Source: Candidatus Krumholzibacteriia bacterium (GTDB lineage: Bacteria; Krumholzibacteriota; Krumholzibacteriia; WVZY01). Taken from it: a stretch of DNA of 23,990 nucleotides. The notes below the pieces were generated by a model. The model ran no database searches and was not told where the DNA came from. It saw nothing but the letters and a program-made list of their open reading frames with translations. Below, piece after piece: positions 1-7,696 of this stretch (its first letter is position 1; each line of letters begins with the position of its first letter). The DNA is taken from NCBI GenBank assembly GCA_046754105.1, contig JBHHVD010000050.1, forward strand, positions 1 through 23,990, in the 5' to 3' direction. The translations under genes were made by a program, and so were the position numbers.

Positions 1-135
1 ATTCGAATTGAGTCGAGGTGGTGCCCGACGTCGGAATGACACGCGGATTGGACAGAATCGGTGGGCTGTTAGCGGGCAGGATCTCAACTGCCCGGCAGGC
101 GTCCTGGATGTTGAGTTGGAACGGCCCGTGCCCTT

Positions 136-164
136 TTGCGATCCACGCCGGATTGTGCTATCGT
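136..164 (+). promoter_or_regulatory. Putative sigma70-type promoter for STAS gene
   Basis: TTGCGA (136-141), 17 bp spacer, TATCGT (159-164) with extended -10 TG at 156-157; lies upstream of a GAGGAGG RBS. Confidence 0.55.
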
Positions 165-218
165 TGGCGTGAAAGCGGGATCGGTTGCATCGGCCCTGGG
201 TTTATGCGAGGAGGAACC

Positions 219-566
219 GTGGATATTCATGAGAGCCGTCTCGATGACGTGGCTATCCTCTATCTGTCCGGAGACGTGTGGGGGCGGTCGGATGAGCCCG
301 AAAAGTTCCGCAGCACCGTCAAGCAGCTCGTGAGCGACGGCAAGCTCCGCGTGGTGCTCAACCTCTCGCAGGTGCGCCTCATCTCGAGCGTCGGCCTCGG
401 CATGCTGATATCGGGCTACAAGATCTTGAGCGGCAGCGGTGGCAACATGGCGATCGCGCAGCCGAGCGACCCCATCAAGCCGGTTTTCAAGGTGTTCGAG
501 TCGCCGATCCAGTGCTTCGAAGCCGACGATGACGCCATTGCATTCCTGCGCGGCCAGGGTGCATAG
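219..566 (+). CDS. STAS-domain anti-sigma factor antagonist (RsbV/SpoIIAA family), 115 aa
   Basis: GTG start after GAGGAGG RBS (208-214); motifs ILYLSGDV, VVLNLSQVRLISSVGLGMLI (cf. LDLSxVxFIDSSGLG), C-terminal DDAIAFL. Confidence 0.85.
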   Translation: MDIHESRLDDVAILYLSGDVWGRSDEPEKFRSTVKQLVSDGKLRVVLNLSQVRLISSVGLGMLISGYKILSGSGGNMAIAQPSDPIKPVFKVFESPIQCFEADDDAIAFLRGQGA

Positions 567-583
567 CCCCCGGGTGAGCCCCG

Positions 584-1402
584 ATGCCTGACCAGTCCTG
601 CCCGAACTGCGCGGATGCGCCGACGCGCCGCGTGTTTTCGCTTCCACCGGATAACGATGTCGTGCAATGCACGGGCTGCCGCCTGCAGTTCGCCCGCTCC
701 TACCCCGACATCGCCACCGCCGACGAGGCGATCTATTCCTATCCGTATTTCAAAACGGCGATCGATAACCGCGCCGGTCGCGAGAGAATCTTTGCCGAAC
801 TTCTCGCTGAAATCGAAGCGGTCGCCGGCCGCATGGGGCGGCTGCTTGACGTCGGCGCCGGGGAGGGCACGCTGCTCCTCGCCGCCGGTGCGCGCGGCTG
901 GCGCGCCGAGGGTACCGATATCTCCTCGGCGATGGTGGCGCACATGCGCGATCGGCTCGGGCTGACTGCGCACCACGGCGTGCTCGAGGGCATCGCGCTG
1001 CCGGAGCGCTCGTTCGACGCCGTGGTCCTGAACCACGTCCTCGAGCACGTACAGAATCCGCGGACGACACTCGAAGCGGTGGCGCGCCTCCTCGCCGACG
1101 GCGGGGTGGCGCGGGTCGAGGTGCCGAACCTCTCGAGCCTCTCCTCGCGCAGCAAGACGTTGCAAAGCCGGCTGGGGCTGAAGAGGAATCGGTGGCGGCA
1201 CTACGATACCGCCCATCACTTCTGGTATTTCACACCGGAAACGCTGGCCGGTACGATGCGGGCGGCGGGTCTGCGCGTGGTCCGTATGAGCGCTCCCGCC
1301 CGGCAGTGGGGGGAGAAGACGATGTTCGACCGTATAGCGAACCGCATCTACGCGCGGCCGCTCCTCGGCGGGCATCTGGTCGCGTACGCGGCCTGCCGGT
1401 GA
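584..1402 (+). CDS. Class I SAM-dependent methyltransferase with N-terminal Zn-ribbon
   Basis: CPNC...CTGC pair; LLDVGAGEG motif I; FDAVVLNHVLEHV; VEVPN; HFWYFTPETL, typical of Methyltransf_23-type proteins. Confidence 0.88.
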   Translation: MPDQSCPNCADAPTRRVFSLPPDNDVVQCTGCRLQFARSYPDIATADEAIYSYPYFKTAIDNRAGRERIFAELLAEIEAVAGRMGRLLDVGAGEGTLLLAAGARGWRAEGTDISSAMVAHMRDRLGLTAHHGVLEGIALPERSFDAVVLNHVLEHVQNPRTTLEAVARLLADGGVARVEVPNLSSLSSRSKTLQSRLGLKRNRWRHYDTAHHFWYFTPETLAGTMRAAGLRVVRMSAPARQWGEKTMFDRIANRIYARPLLGGHLVAYAACR

Positions 1403-1718
1403 GGCGGAGCGGGTTCGCGCGCCGTCCGCACGGCCGCCGCTCACTACGCCCCTGAGGGTTGCGGCGCCACGGTAAGCCGGAAAACAGGGCCCGGAAGACA
1501 GCCGGGCGGTCGCAAGACACCAGGAGGGCGACTGGATGCGCTCGACCCAAACGATCCGTCGAACATTCCATACTGCTGCTGCTCCTCGCTGCCGCACATG
1601 ATGCGTCGCGTCTACCGACTCGGGGCAACCAATATCGACCCCTCGGGGTTTGAGCTTACAAATAGAAGAAAAATCGTTTGGTCATCCGCTACAGGTGACG
1701 AGAGGGAGGGATTGCCAA

Positions 1719-2012
1719 ATGAAGATGATTGAGATCGAATACCAGGATGCGGTCGCCGTAGTGAAGTTGAACCGGAGCGTCACCAACGCGATCGATCTCG
1801 AGCTGGTTCGCGAGCTGGCCGAAGCGATCGATGCGGTGGCGGCCGATGACCGCGCGTGCGCGGTCGTTCTCTGCAGCGGGAGCGAGAAGTTCTTCTCGAT
1901 CGGCTTTGATATCCCGCACCTGCTCGAAACGTCCGGAAAGGACTTCCAGGGTTTCTACGAATCGTTCAATCGCGTCTGCCTCGCACTCTACACATTGCCA
2001 ATACCGATGATA
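1719..2012 (+). pseudogene. Truncated enoyl-CoA hydratase/isomerase (crotonase family), N-terminal ~98 codons
   Basis: ATG after GGGAGGG; VAVVKLNR..NAID.ELVRELAEA, FFSIGFDI (oxyanion motif), LYTLPIPMI; similarity stops where AAxxGxAxGGG is expected and the catalytic half is absent. Confidence 0.75.
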
Positions 2013-2126
2013 CCCGGGCGCGGCTGGAAGAGGCGAAGAAAAAGTCCTAGGCCGGCGTTCGCGCTGGCGAGCAGTGCGCCGCATCAAGCGGCTCCGCCGG
2101 GAGCACGTACCAAACGGAGGTGCCAG

Positions 2127-2294
2127 TTGACAATACTAAAGATAGTCCTCGCCATCTTCTTCCCGCCCGTCGCCGCCGCGATGCAGGTCGGGATCAGCAC
2201 TCACTTCTGGATCAACGTCATTCTGACCCTGCTCGGGATGCTTCCCGGTGTGATCCATGCCCTGTGGCTCGTGATTACCAAGAAGAGCCGCTAG
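2127..2294 (+). CDS. yqaE: YqaE/Pmp3 family small membrane protein, 55 aa
   Basis: TTG start after GGAGGT (2116-2121); ILKIVLAIFFPPVA...FWINVILTLLGMLPGVIHALWLV is the UPF0057/Pmp3 pattern. Confidence 0.88.
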   Translation: MTILKIVLAIFFPPVAAAMQVGISTHFWINVILTLLGMLPGVIHALWLVITKKSR

Positions 2295-2328
2295 AAAACC
2301 CGTCTCTTCGCTTTCCACCCGGGACGAT

Positions 2329-4251
2329 CTATTTCAGGAGGACCATTTTGCGCACGTCCCCGCCGCGCACCCCCGCGAGCCGGTAGAAATAGATACCGCT
2401 CGCCACCGGGCGCCCCGCCCCATCTCGGCCGTCCCATTCGGCTCGATACGTGCCCGCTTCGCGATCGCCCTGGTGTAGCCGCGTGACGAGTGCTCCCGAC
2501 GCGTCGAAGATCTCGATCGAGACCATCGCTTTTGCGCCCACGGTGTACTCGATCGTCGTTTGCGGGTTGAACGGATTCGGGAAGTTCTGGGAAAGTGACG
2601 CCGCCAGCCGGGCGACTGTCGCGATTGCGAAGGGCGAGTGAAACTCGTCTCCGCCCGCTGTGCGAATCACGAGCTCGTAACGATAGGTCTCTCCGGGCTC
2701 GACCGCCGTGTCCGTATACGAGCGTGTGGCCAACGCGTCACCCGAGGCGACGATGACGGCGGGCGATGCGCCGTGCCGGCGGTAGAGCGTGAAGCGATCC
2801 AGCGCCTCGTCGCTCCGAAAACGCCAGGCGACATCCACCGCGAGGCCCCGCGGCGTGGCGCCGAAGTAGCTGATGAATACGGGAACGGTTACATCGCCGT
2901 ATTTAGCGAGAAAGATATCGACAGATCCCGCGCTTACGAGATTGCCGCCTCCGAAGTCCACCGTGCCCCGAAACCAACCCGTCGCTATCACGTTGCCCGA
3001 AGCATCCGCCGCAATGGCACGGCCGTGGTCACCACCCGCGTCCGTGTCCCCGAAGCGCTGGCTCCACTGGTGCACACCGCTGGCGTCGTATTTGGCAATG
3101 AAGATATCATTAAAGCCCGCGCTGGTGAGATTGCCGCCACCGAAGTCCACCGTGCCCTCGAACGACCCCGTTACGATCACGTTGCCCGAGGCATCCACGG
3201 TGGCTCCCGAGCTCAGGTCACTGCCCACGTCCCCGAAGCGCTTGCTCCACTGGTGGACACCGCCGGCGTCGTACTTGGCAACGAAGATATCATTCGCTCC
3301 CGCGCTGGTGAGGTTGCCGCCGCCGAAGTCCACCGTGCCCGAGAACGTCCCTGTCACGATCGCGTTGCCCGAAGCATCCACGGCGATTCCGAAGCCCACG
3401 TCAGCGGTCGTATCCCCGAAGCGCTGGCTCCACTGGTGCACACCGCTGGCGTCGTATTTGGCAAGGAAGATATCCCCAATGCCCGCGCTCGTGAGGTTGC
3501 CGCCCCCGAAGTTCACCGTGCCCCGGAAACCCCCTGTCACCATCACATTGCCCGAAGCGTCCAGCGCGACCGTCACTTGCAGGTCACGGTCCGCTCCTCC
3601 GAAGCTCCGGCTCCACTGGTGCACGCCGCTGGCGTCGTACTTGGCAACGAAGATATCTAGATCGCCCGCGCTCGTGAGATTACCGCCTCCGAAGTTCACC
3701 GTGCCCTTGAACAACCCTGCAACGATCACGTTACCCGAAGCGTCCACCGCGACCGTCAGGCCCCGGTCAACTCCCGTGCCCCCGAAGCGCCGGCTCCACT
3801 GGTGCACACCGTTGGGGGCATACTTGGCAACGAGGATATCCGTAGAGTCCGCGCTCGTGAGATTGCCGCCCCCGAAGTCCACCGCGCCCTCGAACAACCC
3901 TGTCACGATCACGTTGCCCGAAGCATCCACGGCGACCGCCCGGCCCTCGTCATCGCCCGTGCTCCCGAAGCGCCGGCTCCACTGGTGCGCACCGCTTGCG
4001 TCATACTTGGCAACAAACATATCAAAAAAGCCCGCGCTCGTGAGATTGCCGCCCCCGAGGTCCACGGTGCCCCGGAAGTACCCGGTCACGATCACGTTGC
4101 CCGAGGCGTCCACCGCAACGTCCGAGCCCAGGTCGGCGCTCGTATCCCCGAAGCGCTGGCTCCACTGGTGCACGGGAGCCACGGCCCGAACCGATACGGA
4201 AAAAAGCAAGATACTCAGACTCAGAAGAAAAACGCGCGAGAAGAAGGTCAT
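2329..4251 (-). CDS. Secreted beta-propeller repeat protein (SBBP-like) with Fn3-like domain and C-terminal T9SS/FlgD-Ig-like sorting domain, 640 aa
   Basis: Signal peptide MTFFSRVFLLSLSILLFSVSVRA; seven ~61-aa repeats (VAVDASGNVIVTG..F.GTVDFGGG..DIFVAKYD); tail QNFPNPFNPQTTIEY...WDGRD..GRPVASGIYFYRL...RKMVLLK. True start lies inside the 1199-aa ORF of the track. Confidence 0.88.
   Translation of the reverse strand: MTFFSRVFLLSLSILLFSVSVRAVAPVHQWSQRFGDTSADLGSDVAVDASGNVIVTGYFRGTVDLGGGNLTSAGFFDMFVAKYDASGAHQWSRRFGSTGDDEGRAVAVDASGNVIVTGLFEGAVDFGGGNLTSADSTDILVAKYAPNGVHQWSRRFGGTGVDRGLTVAVDASGNVIVAGLFKGTVNFGGGNLTSAGDLDIFVAKYDASGVHQWSRSFGGADRDLQVTVALDASGNVMVTGGFRGTVNFGGGNLTSAGIGDIFLAKYDASGVHQWSQRFGDTTADVGFGIAVDASGNAIVTGTFSGTVDFGGGNLTSAGANDIFVAKYDAGGVHQWSKRFGDVGSDLSSGATVDASGNVIVTGSFEGTVDFGGGNLTSAGFNDIFIAKYDASGVHQWSQRFGDTDAGGDHGRAIAADASGNVIATGWFRGTVDFGGGNLVSAGSVDIFLAKYGDVTVPVFISYFGATPRGLAVDVAWRFRSDEALDRFTLYRRHGASPAVIVASGDALATRSYTDTAVEPGETYRYELVIRTAGGDEFHSPFAIATVARLAASLSQNFPNPFNPQTTIEYTVGAKAMVSIEIFDASGALVTRLHQGDREAGTYRAEWDGRDGAGRPVASGIYFYRLAGVRGGDVRKMVLLK
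2890..4170 (-). repeat. Seven tandem 183-bp coding repeats
   Basis: Block ctccactggtg ends at 4170, 3987, 3804, 3621, 3438, 3255, 3072 (period exactly 183 bp). Confidence 0.95.
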
Positions 4252-4356
4252 CGCGGTACCCCCAAGGTAAGTTGTGCAACGCAAGGTCCGCCGCGCACAC
4301 GCGCGGTGAACACGCGCATCATGCGCGTTGGCCCCGGTTCTGAGGGAGAGGCCTAT

Positions 4357-4385
4357 AGTGTACCGCATGCGCTGCGCGAATTCAA
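4357..4385 (-). promoter_or_regulatory. Putative sigma70-type promoter for beta-propeller gene
   Basis: Minus strand TTGAAT, 17 bp spacer, TACACT, about 105 bp upstream of ATG at 4251. Confidence 0.55.
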
Positions 4386-4532
4386 GAACGGCGGCCGGAA
4401 CCGCGCCGCGCATTCGGCAGAGCGACTCGTCGTGAAATGCCGTAACGCCAGCGACAACCAAAGGTGGCTGCTTAGATGAAGAAATTTCAATCTGTTGCTT
4501 TCGGCTGCGGGGGGTACCCGCGTCTGCGAGAC

Positions 4533-6335
4533 TTACTTCAAGAGGATCATCTTCCTGGTCTTCTCGGAGGCGCCGGTGGTGATCCGGTAGAAATAAGTGC
4601 CGGAGGCCACTAGACGTCCGGCATTGTCGGTGCCGTTCCACGTGACTTGGTGGTAGCCGGCCGGCATCGGCTTGTCCAGCAAGGTTGCGACCCTCCTGCC
4701 GGCGACGTCGAGCACGGTCAACTTGACCCGAGACGCCTCCTCTACATGGAAGCCGATTGTGGTCATCGGATTGAACGGGTTCGGGTAGTTCGGCTCCAGG
4801 GCGATTGCGACCGGCGGCACCAGGCCCGTGACGCCGGTGATCAAGTTCCCGTACAGCTTGAACTCGACGATGGCGACATGGGGGTAGGCGCCGCCGGTGA
4901 CGGTCAGCCGCACGAAGCGCGCCTGGACGGGTGGGAAGGTGTCGGCGAGCGCGAAGCCGTTGCTCGTGTTCGTGAGGCGGTCGACGAGAAGGCTGTACGG
5001 ATCTAGTGCGCCAACCTTCGTCTCGACCTTGAACTGGTAGGCACGGCCCCGGTAGGGGGCCAGCTCGGTGATCCCGATGGGCTGGGCCGTGCCGAGGTCG
5101 AGCTCGATCCACTGCGGGTAGCCCCACACTGACCATCGGGTCCAGAGGCTGTCGTCCACTGCATTGCTGGCCGGGTTGGAGACCTCCTGCGCCGAGTAGG
5201 CGATCACGTTGTCGAGTGCGAGGTTGGCCGCGACCCCCCGCGGCGCCGGCGGCGGCTCGCCGCCCGCAAGCTCGTAGACTTCGCTGCCGGCGAGCAAGAA
5301 GGCGCCGATTCCGAAATCGGTGGTCATGTCGTAGGTCACCGGCTGGCCCTCCCGCGGACTGCTGGCTGTAGGCTGCACGTAACCGAGATGGCCGGTGGGG
5401 TGCACGGCGATCTGCGTCATGCCGTTCCACGCCTTCGTGACCACCGGCAGGTAGGTCGCAGCGTCGAGGTACCCGTTGTTGATCCCCCAGGCCATGCCGA
5501 ACGTGAAAAACGAGGTGCCGCTGGTCTCCGGACCCGGCCAGTCGAGAGTGTCCGCGAGGCTCACGTTCCAGAATCCGTCGGCACGCTGAACGTCCTTCAA
5601 GGCCGCTGCCATCGCCTGGAAGGTAGCCAGGTACTCGGCCCTGTGCGGGTCGGTGACCGGCAGGTGTTCGAGGACCTTCGCGTGTGCGGCGAACACCCAG
5701 CCGTTGCCACGGGACCAGAAGATCGGCTCGCCGTTCGGGGTCGTCGCCGGCGGCTGGTAGGGCGCGCTGTGATACCATAGCCCTGCGCTGGCGTCGTACA
5801 GCCCCCGCCTCGTCTTGGTGTCGTCGTAGAGCGCATACATCTTGTCGAAATAGTCCGTGTCCGCGTGGATGATGCCCAAGCGGGTGAAGACCGGCATTGC
5901 CACATAGAACGCATCGATCCACCACCAATCGTCCACCTGGGGGCTGTTGACCATGTTGAAGATGCTCGTGGTGATGTCCGAAACCCGCGCGGGGATCGGG
6001 TCGATCTCGTAGAGCGCAATGTAGATCTGTCCGGCGCAGTGGTTGGCGGCGTCGCGGGTCGAGGTTCCGCCGTTCAGCCCCCAGCCGTGGGATTCGGCCC
6101 AGAGCAGCGCATAATCGTGGTAGTCATGGTCGGGCCAAGTGGCGTACACCGCCATGTTGCCGGTGAAGTAGGTCGCTCGGTCCCAGAGATTACTTCCGGG
6201 ATCGGGATGGTAGCTGATCCAATAGTCGTTCACCAGGCGCATGGACGCGACGATTTCGCGCTTGGTCGGCAGGGTGTCGGCGACCACTGCCAAGGGCAGG
6301 CAGACCAGGATAAGCAGGGTGGCCATGGTACGCAT
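4533..6335 (-). CDS. GH105/GH88-like unsaturated glycuronyl hydrolase + F5/8 type C (discoidin/CBM32-like) domain + T9SS/FlgD-Ig-like tail, 600 aa
   Basis: Signal peptide MRTMATLLILVCLPLAVVA; WDRATYFTG, WWWIDAFY, FWSRGNGWV, QRADGFW, ETSGTSFF, LGYVQP, FGIGAFLLAGSE; NAVDD..TRWS..PQWIELDLG..ARFVRLTV; PNYPNPFNPMTTI...RKMILLK. Confidence 0.88.
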   Translation of the reverse strand: MRTMATLLILVCLPLAVVADTLPTKREIVASMRLVNDYWISYHPDPGSNLWDRATYFTGNMAVYATWPDHDYHDYALLWAESHGWGLNGGTSTRDAANHCAGQIYIALYEIDPIPARVSDITTSIFNMVNSPQVDDWWWIDAFYVAMPVFTRLGIIHADTDYFDKMYALYDDTKTRRGLYDASAGLWYHSAPYQPPATTPNGEPIFWSRGNGWVFAAHAKVLEHLPVTDPHRAEYLATFQAMAAALKDVQRADGFWNVSLADTLDWPGPETSGTSFFTFGMAWGINNGYLDAATYLPVVTKAWNGMTQIAVHPTGHLGYVQPTASSPREGQPVTYDMTTDFGIGAFLLAGSEVYELAGGEPPPAPRGVAANLALDNVIAYSAQEVSNPASNAVDDSLWTRWSVWGYPQWIELDLGTAQPIGITELAPYRGRAYQFKVETKVGALDPYSLLVDRLTNTSNGFALADTFPPVQARFVRLTVTGGAYPHVAIVEFKLYGNLITGVTGLVPPVAIALEPNYPNPFNPMTTIGFHVEEASRVKLTVLDVAGRRVATLLDKPMPAGYHQVTWNGTDNAGRLVASGTYFYRITTGASEKTRKMILLK

Positions 6336-6385
6336 CGTCGAAGCCCCGTTGGGCGAGTGGACTGGGGAATATCGAACCTTTTGAT

Positions 6386-6415
6386 ATTGTACCACGCAGC
6401 ACCCATTGATATCTA
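6386..6415 (-). promoter_or_regulatory. Putative extended -10 promoter for GH105-like gene
   Basis: Minus strand TAGATA, 18 bp spacer, TACAAT preceded by TGG. Confidence 0.5.
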
Positions 6416-6421
6416 CAGCTT

Positions 6422-6663
6422 GGGATCTGCCGCCGGACCGTCGCGCAGAAGTTGGGATTGGGGACGGGTTGAAGGGGGTGACGGCCCATTCGCGGGAACG
6501 AGCGAGGATCACGCCGCGCGCAGGAGGACACCTCGCGCCCGACCGCTGGTGCGGCGCGGCGTAGCCGAGCGAAGTGGAGCGTGGGACGGAACCCCCTTCG
6601 GCCCGTCCCCACCGCAGCGACAAAGCCGACGACGGTCCGCCGGCAGACCCCGCCCCCAATCCC
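6422..6663. repeat. Nested inverted-repeat element (MITE/REPIN-like or structured ncRNA)
   Basis: 6422-6443 pairs with 6630-6651 (20/22); 6459-6479 pairs with 6591-6611 (21 bp incl. two U-G); 6511-6522 pairs with 6550-6562 (12 bp, one bulge). Confidence 0.7.
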
Positions 6664-6672
6664 CGAAACCCG

Positions 6673-6701
6673 TTGACTTTACTAATAGTTTCACCTATCC
6701 T
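6673..6701 (+). promoter_or_regulatory. Putative sigma70 promoter of nucleotide-sugar operon
   Basis: TTGACT, 17 bp AT-rich spacer, TATCCT, 38 bp before ATG at 6740. Confidence 0.7.
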
Positions 6702-6739
6702 CGTTGGGATTATTGTCGCCTCTTAGAAAGGATTCCCCT

Positions 6740-7690
6740 ATGAAAGCGCTCATTACCGGCATCACGGGATTTGCCGGGAGCCATCTGGCCGACTATTGCC
6801 TGGCGCGGGGCGGGGTGGACGTCTACGGGATGATCCGCTGGCGCAGCCGGACCGAGAACGTCGAACACCTCCAGGGCAAGGTCCAGCTCGTCGAGTGCGA
6901 CCTGCGGGACGCCACCTCCACGCGCGGTGTCATCGAGGACATCCGACCCGACTATATCTTTCACCTCGCCGCCCAGAGCTACGTGCCTACCAGCTGGCGC
7001 GCACCGAGCGAGAGTCTCACCACAAACGTCATCGGCCAGCTCAATGTCTTCGAGGCGGTGCGCAAGACCGATATGAAGTGCCGCATCCAGGTGGCGTGCT
7101 CGAGCGAAGAGTACGGCATGGTGGGGGAGGACGAGCTGCCCATCACGGAGGACAACCCGCTGAGGCCGCTCAGTCCCTACGCCGTCAGCAAGGTGGGCCA
7201 GGACCTGCTGGGGTACCAGTATCATATGAGCTACGGGATGGACATCGTCCGCACCCGCGGGTTCAACCACACCGGACCGCGGCGAGGGCCGGTGTTCGTC
7301 GTATCCGATTTCGCCAAGCAGATCGCCGATATCGAAAAAGGCCTCCGCGAACCCGTGATTTTTACCGGTAACCTCGACGCAAGCCGCGATTTCTCGGACG
7401 TGCGCGACGTGGTCAAGGGGTATTTCCTCGCCCTCGAAAAGGGTAAGGCCGGTGAGGTCTATAATATATGCGCGGAGAAGGCGTGGACGATCAGGGAGAT
7501 GCTCGACATGCTGCTCTCCCTGACCGATGCGAAGATCGACGTCGAACAAGACCCGGCCCGGATGCGTCCCTCGGACGTGCCCCGCCTCCTCGGTGACTGC
7601 TCGAAGTTTCGAGGCGACACCGGCTACAAACCGGAGATTCCGTTCGAGACCACGTTGCGGGACACGCTCGATTTCTGGAGAAAAGGGTAG
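6740..7690 (+). CDS. GDP-mannose 4,6-dehydratase / GDP-4-keto-6-deoxymannose reductase family extended SDR, 316 aa
   Basis: ATG after AAAGGA; ALITGITGFAGSHL, FHLAAQSYV, SSEEYG, SPYAVSK, RGFNHTGP, GNLDASRDFSDVRD, RPSDVP. Confidence 0.9.
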   Translation: MKALITGITGFAGSHLADYCLARGGVDVYGMIRWRSRTENVEHLQGKVQLVECDLRDATSTRGVIEDIRPDYIFHLAAQSYVPTSWRAPSESLTTNVIGQLNVFEAVRKTDMKCRIQVACSSEEYGMVGEDELPITEDNPLRPLSPYAVSKVGQDLLGYQYHMSYGMDIVRTRGFNHTGPRRGPVFVVSDFAKQIADIEKGLREPVIFTGNLDASRDFSDVRDVVKGYFLALEKGKAGEVYNICAEKAWTIREMLDMLLSLTDAKIDVEQDPARMRPSDVPRLLGDCSKFRGDTGYKPEIPFETTLRDTLDFWRKG

Positions 7691-7696
7691 AGAGCC

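Noticed and set aside
60..135. Short inverted repeats upstream of the STAS promoter
   Set aside because: Stems are only 6-8 bp and compete with each other; no recognisable RNA family
18..218. N-terminal extension of the STAS ORF
   Set aside because: Promoter at 136-164 and strong RBS at 208-214 support the GTG at 219
1444..1599. 51-codon minus-strand ORF ending in tandem TAG TGA (…PGPVFRLTV…)
   Set aside because: No RBS and no convincing family match; resemblance to a kinase C-terminus is too weak
2890..4170. Repeat array as CRISPR or DGR target
   Set aside because: Units are 183-bp in-frame coding repeats with no repeat-spacer structure; no cas or reverse transcriptase gene in the window
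2638..4479. Long plus-strand repetitive ORFs (340, 465, 225 aa)
   Set aside because: Antisense shadows of the 183-bp repeats in GC-rich DNA; no RBS or family motifs
2329..5928. 1199-aa minus-strand ORF in the track
   Set aside because: The first ~559 codons are an off-frame shadow of the GH105-like gene plus intergenic DNA; the signal peptide and promoter place the real start at 4251
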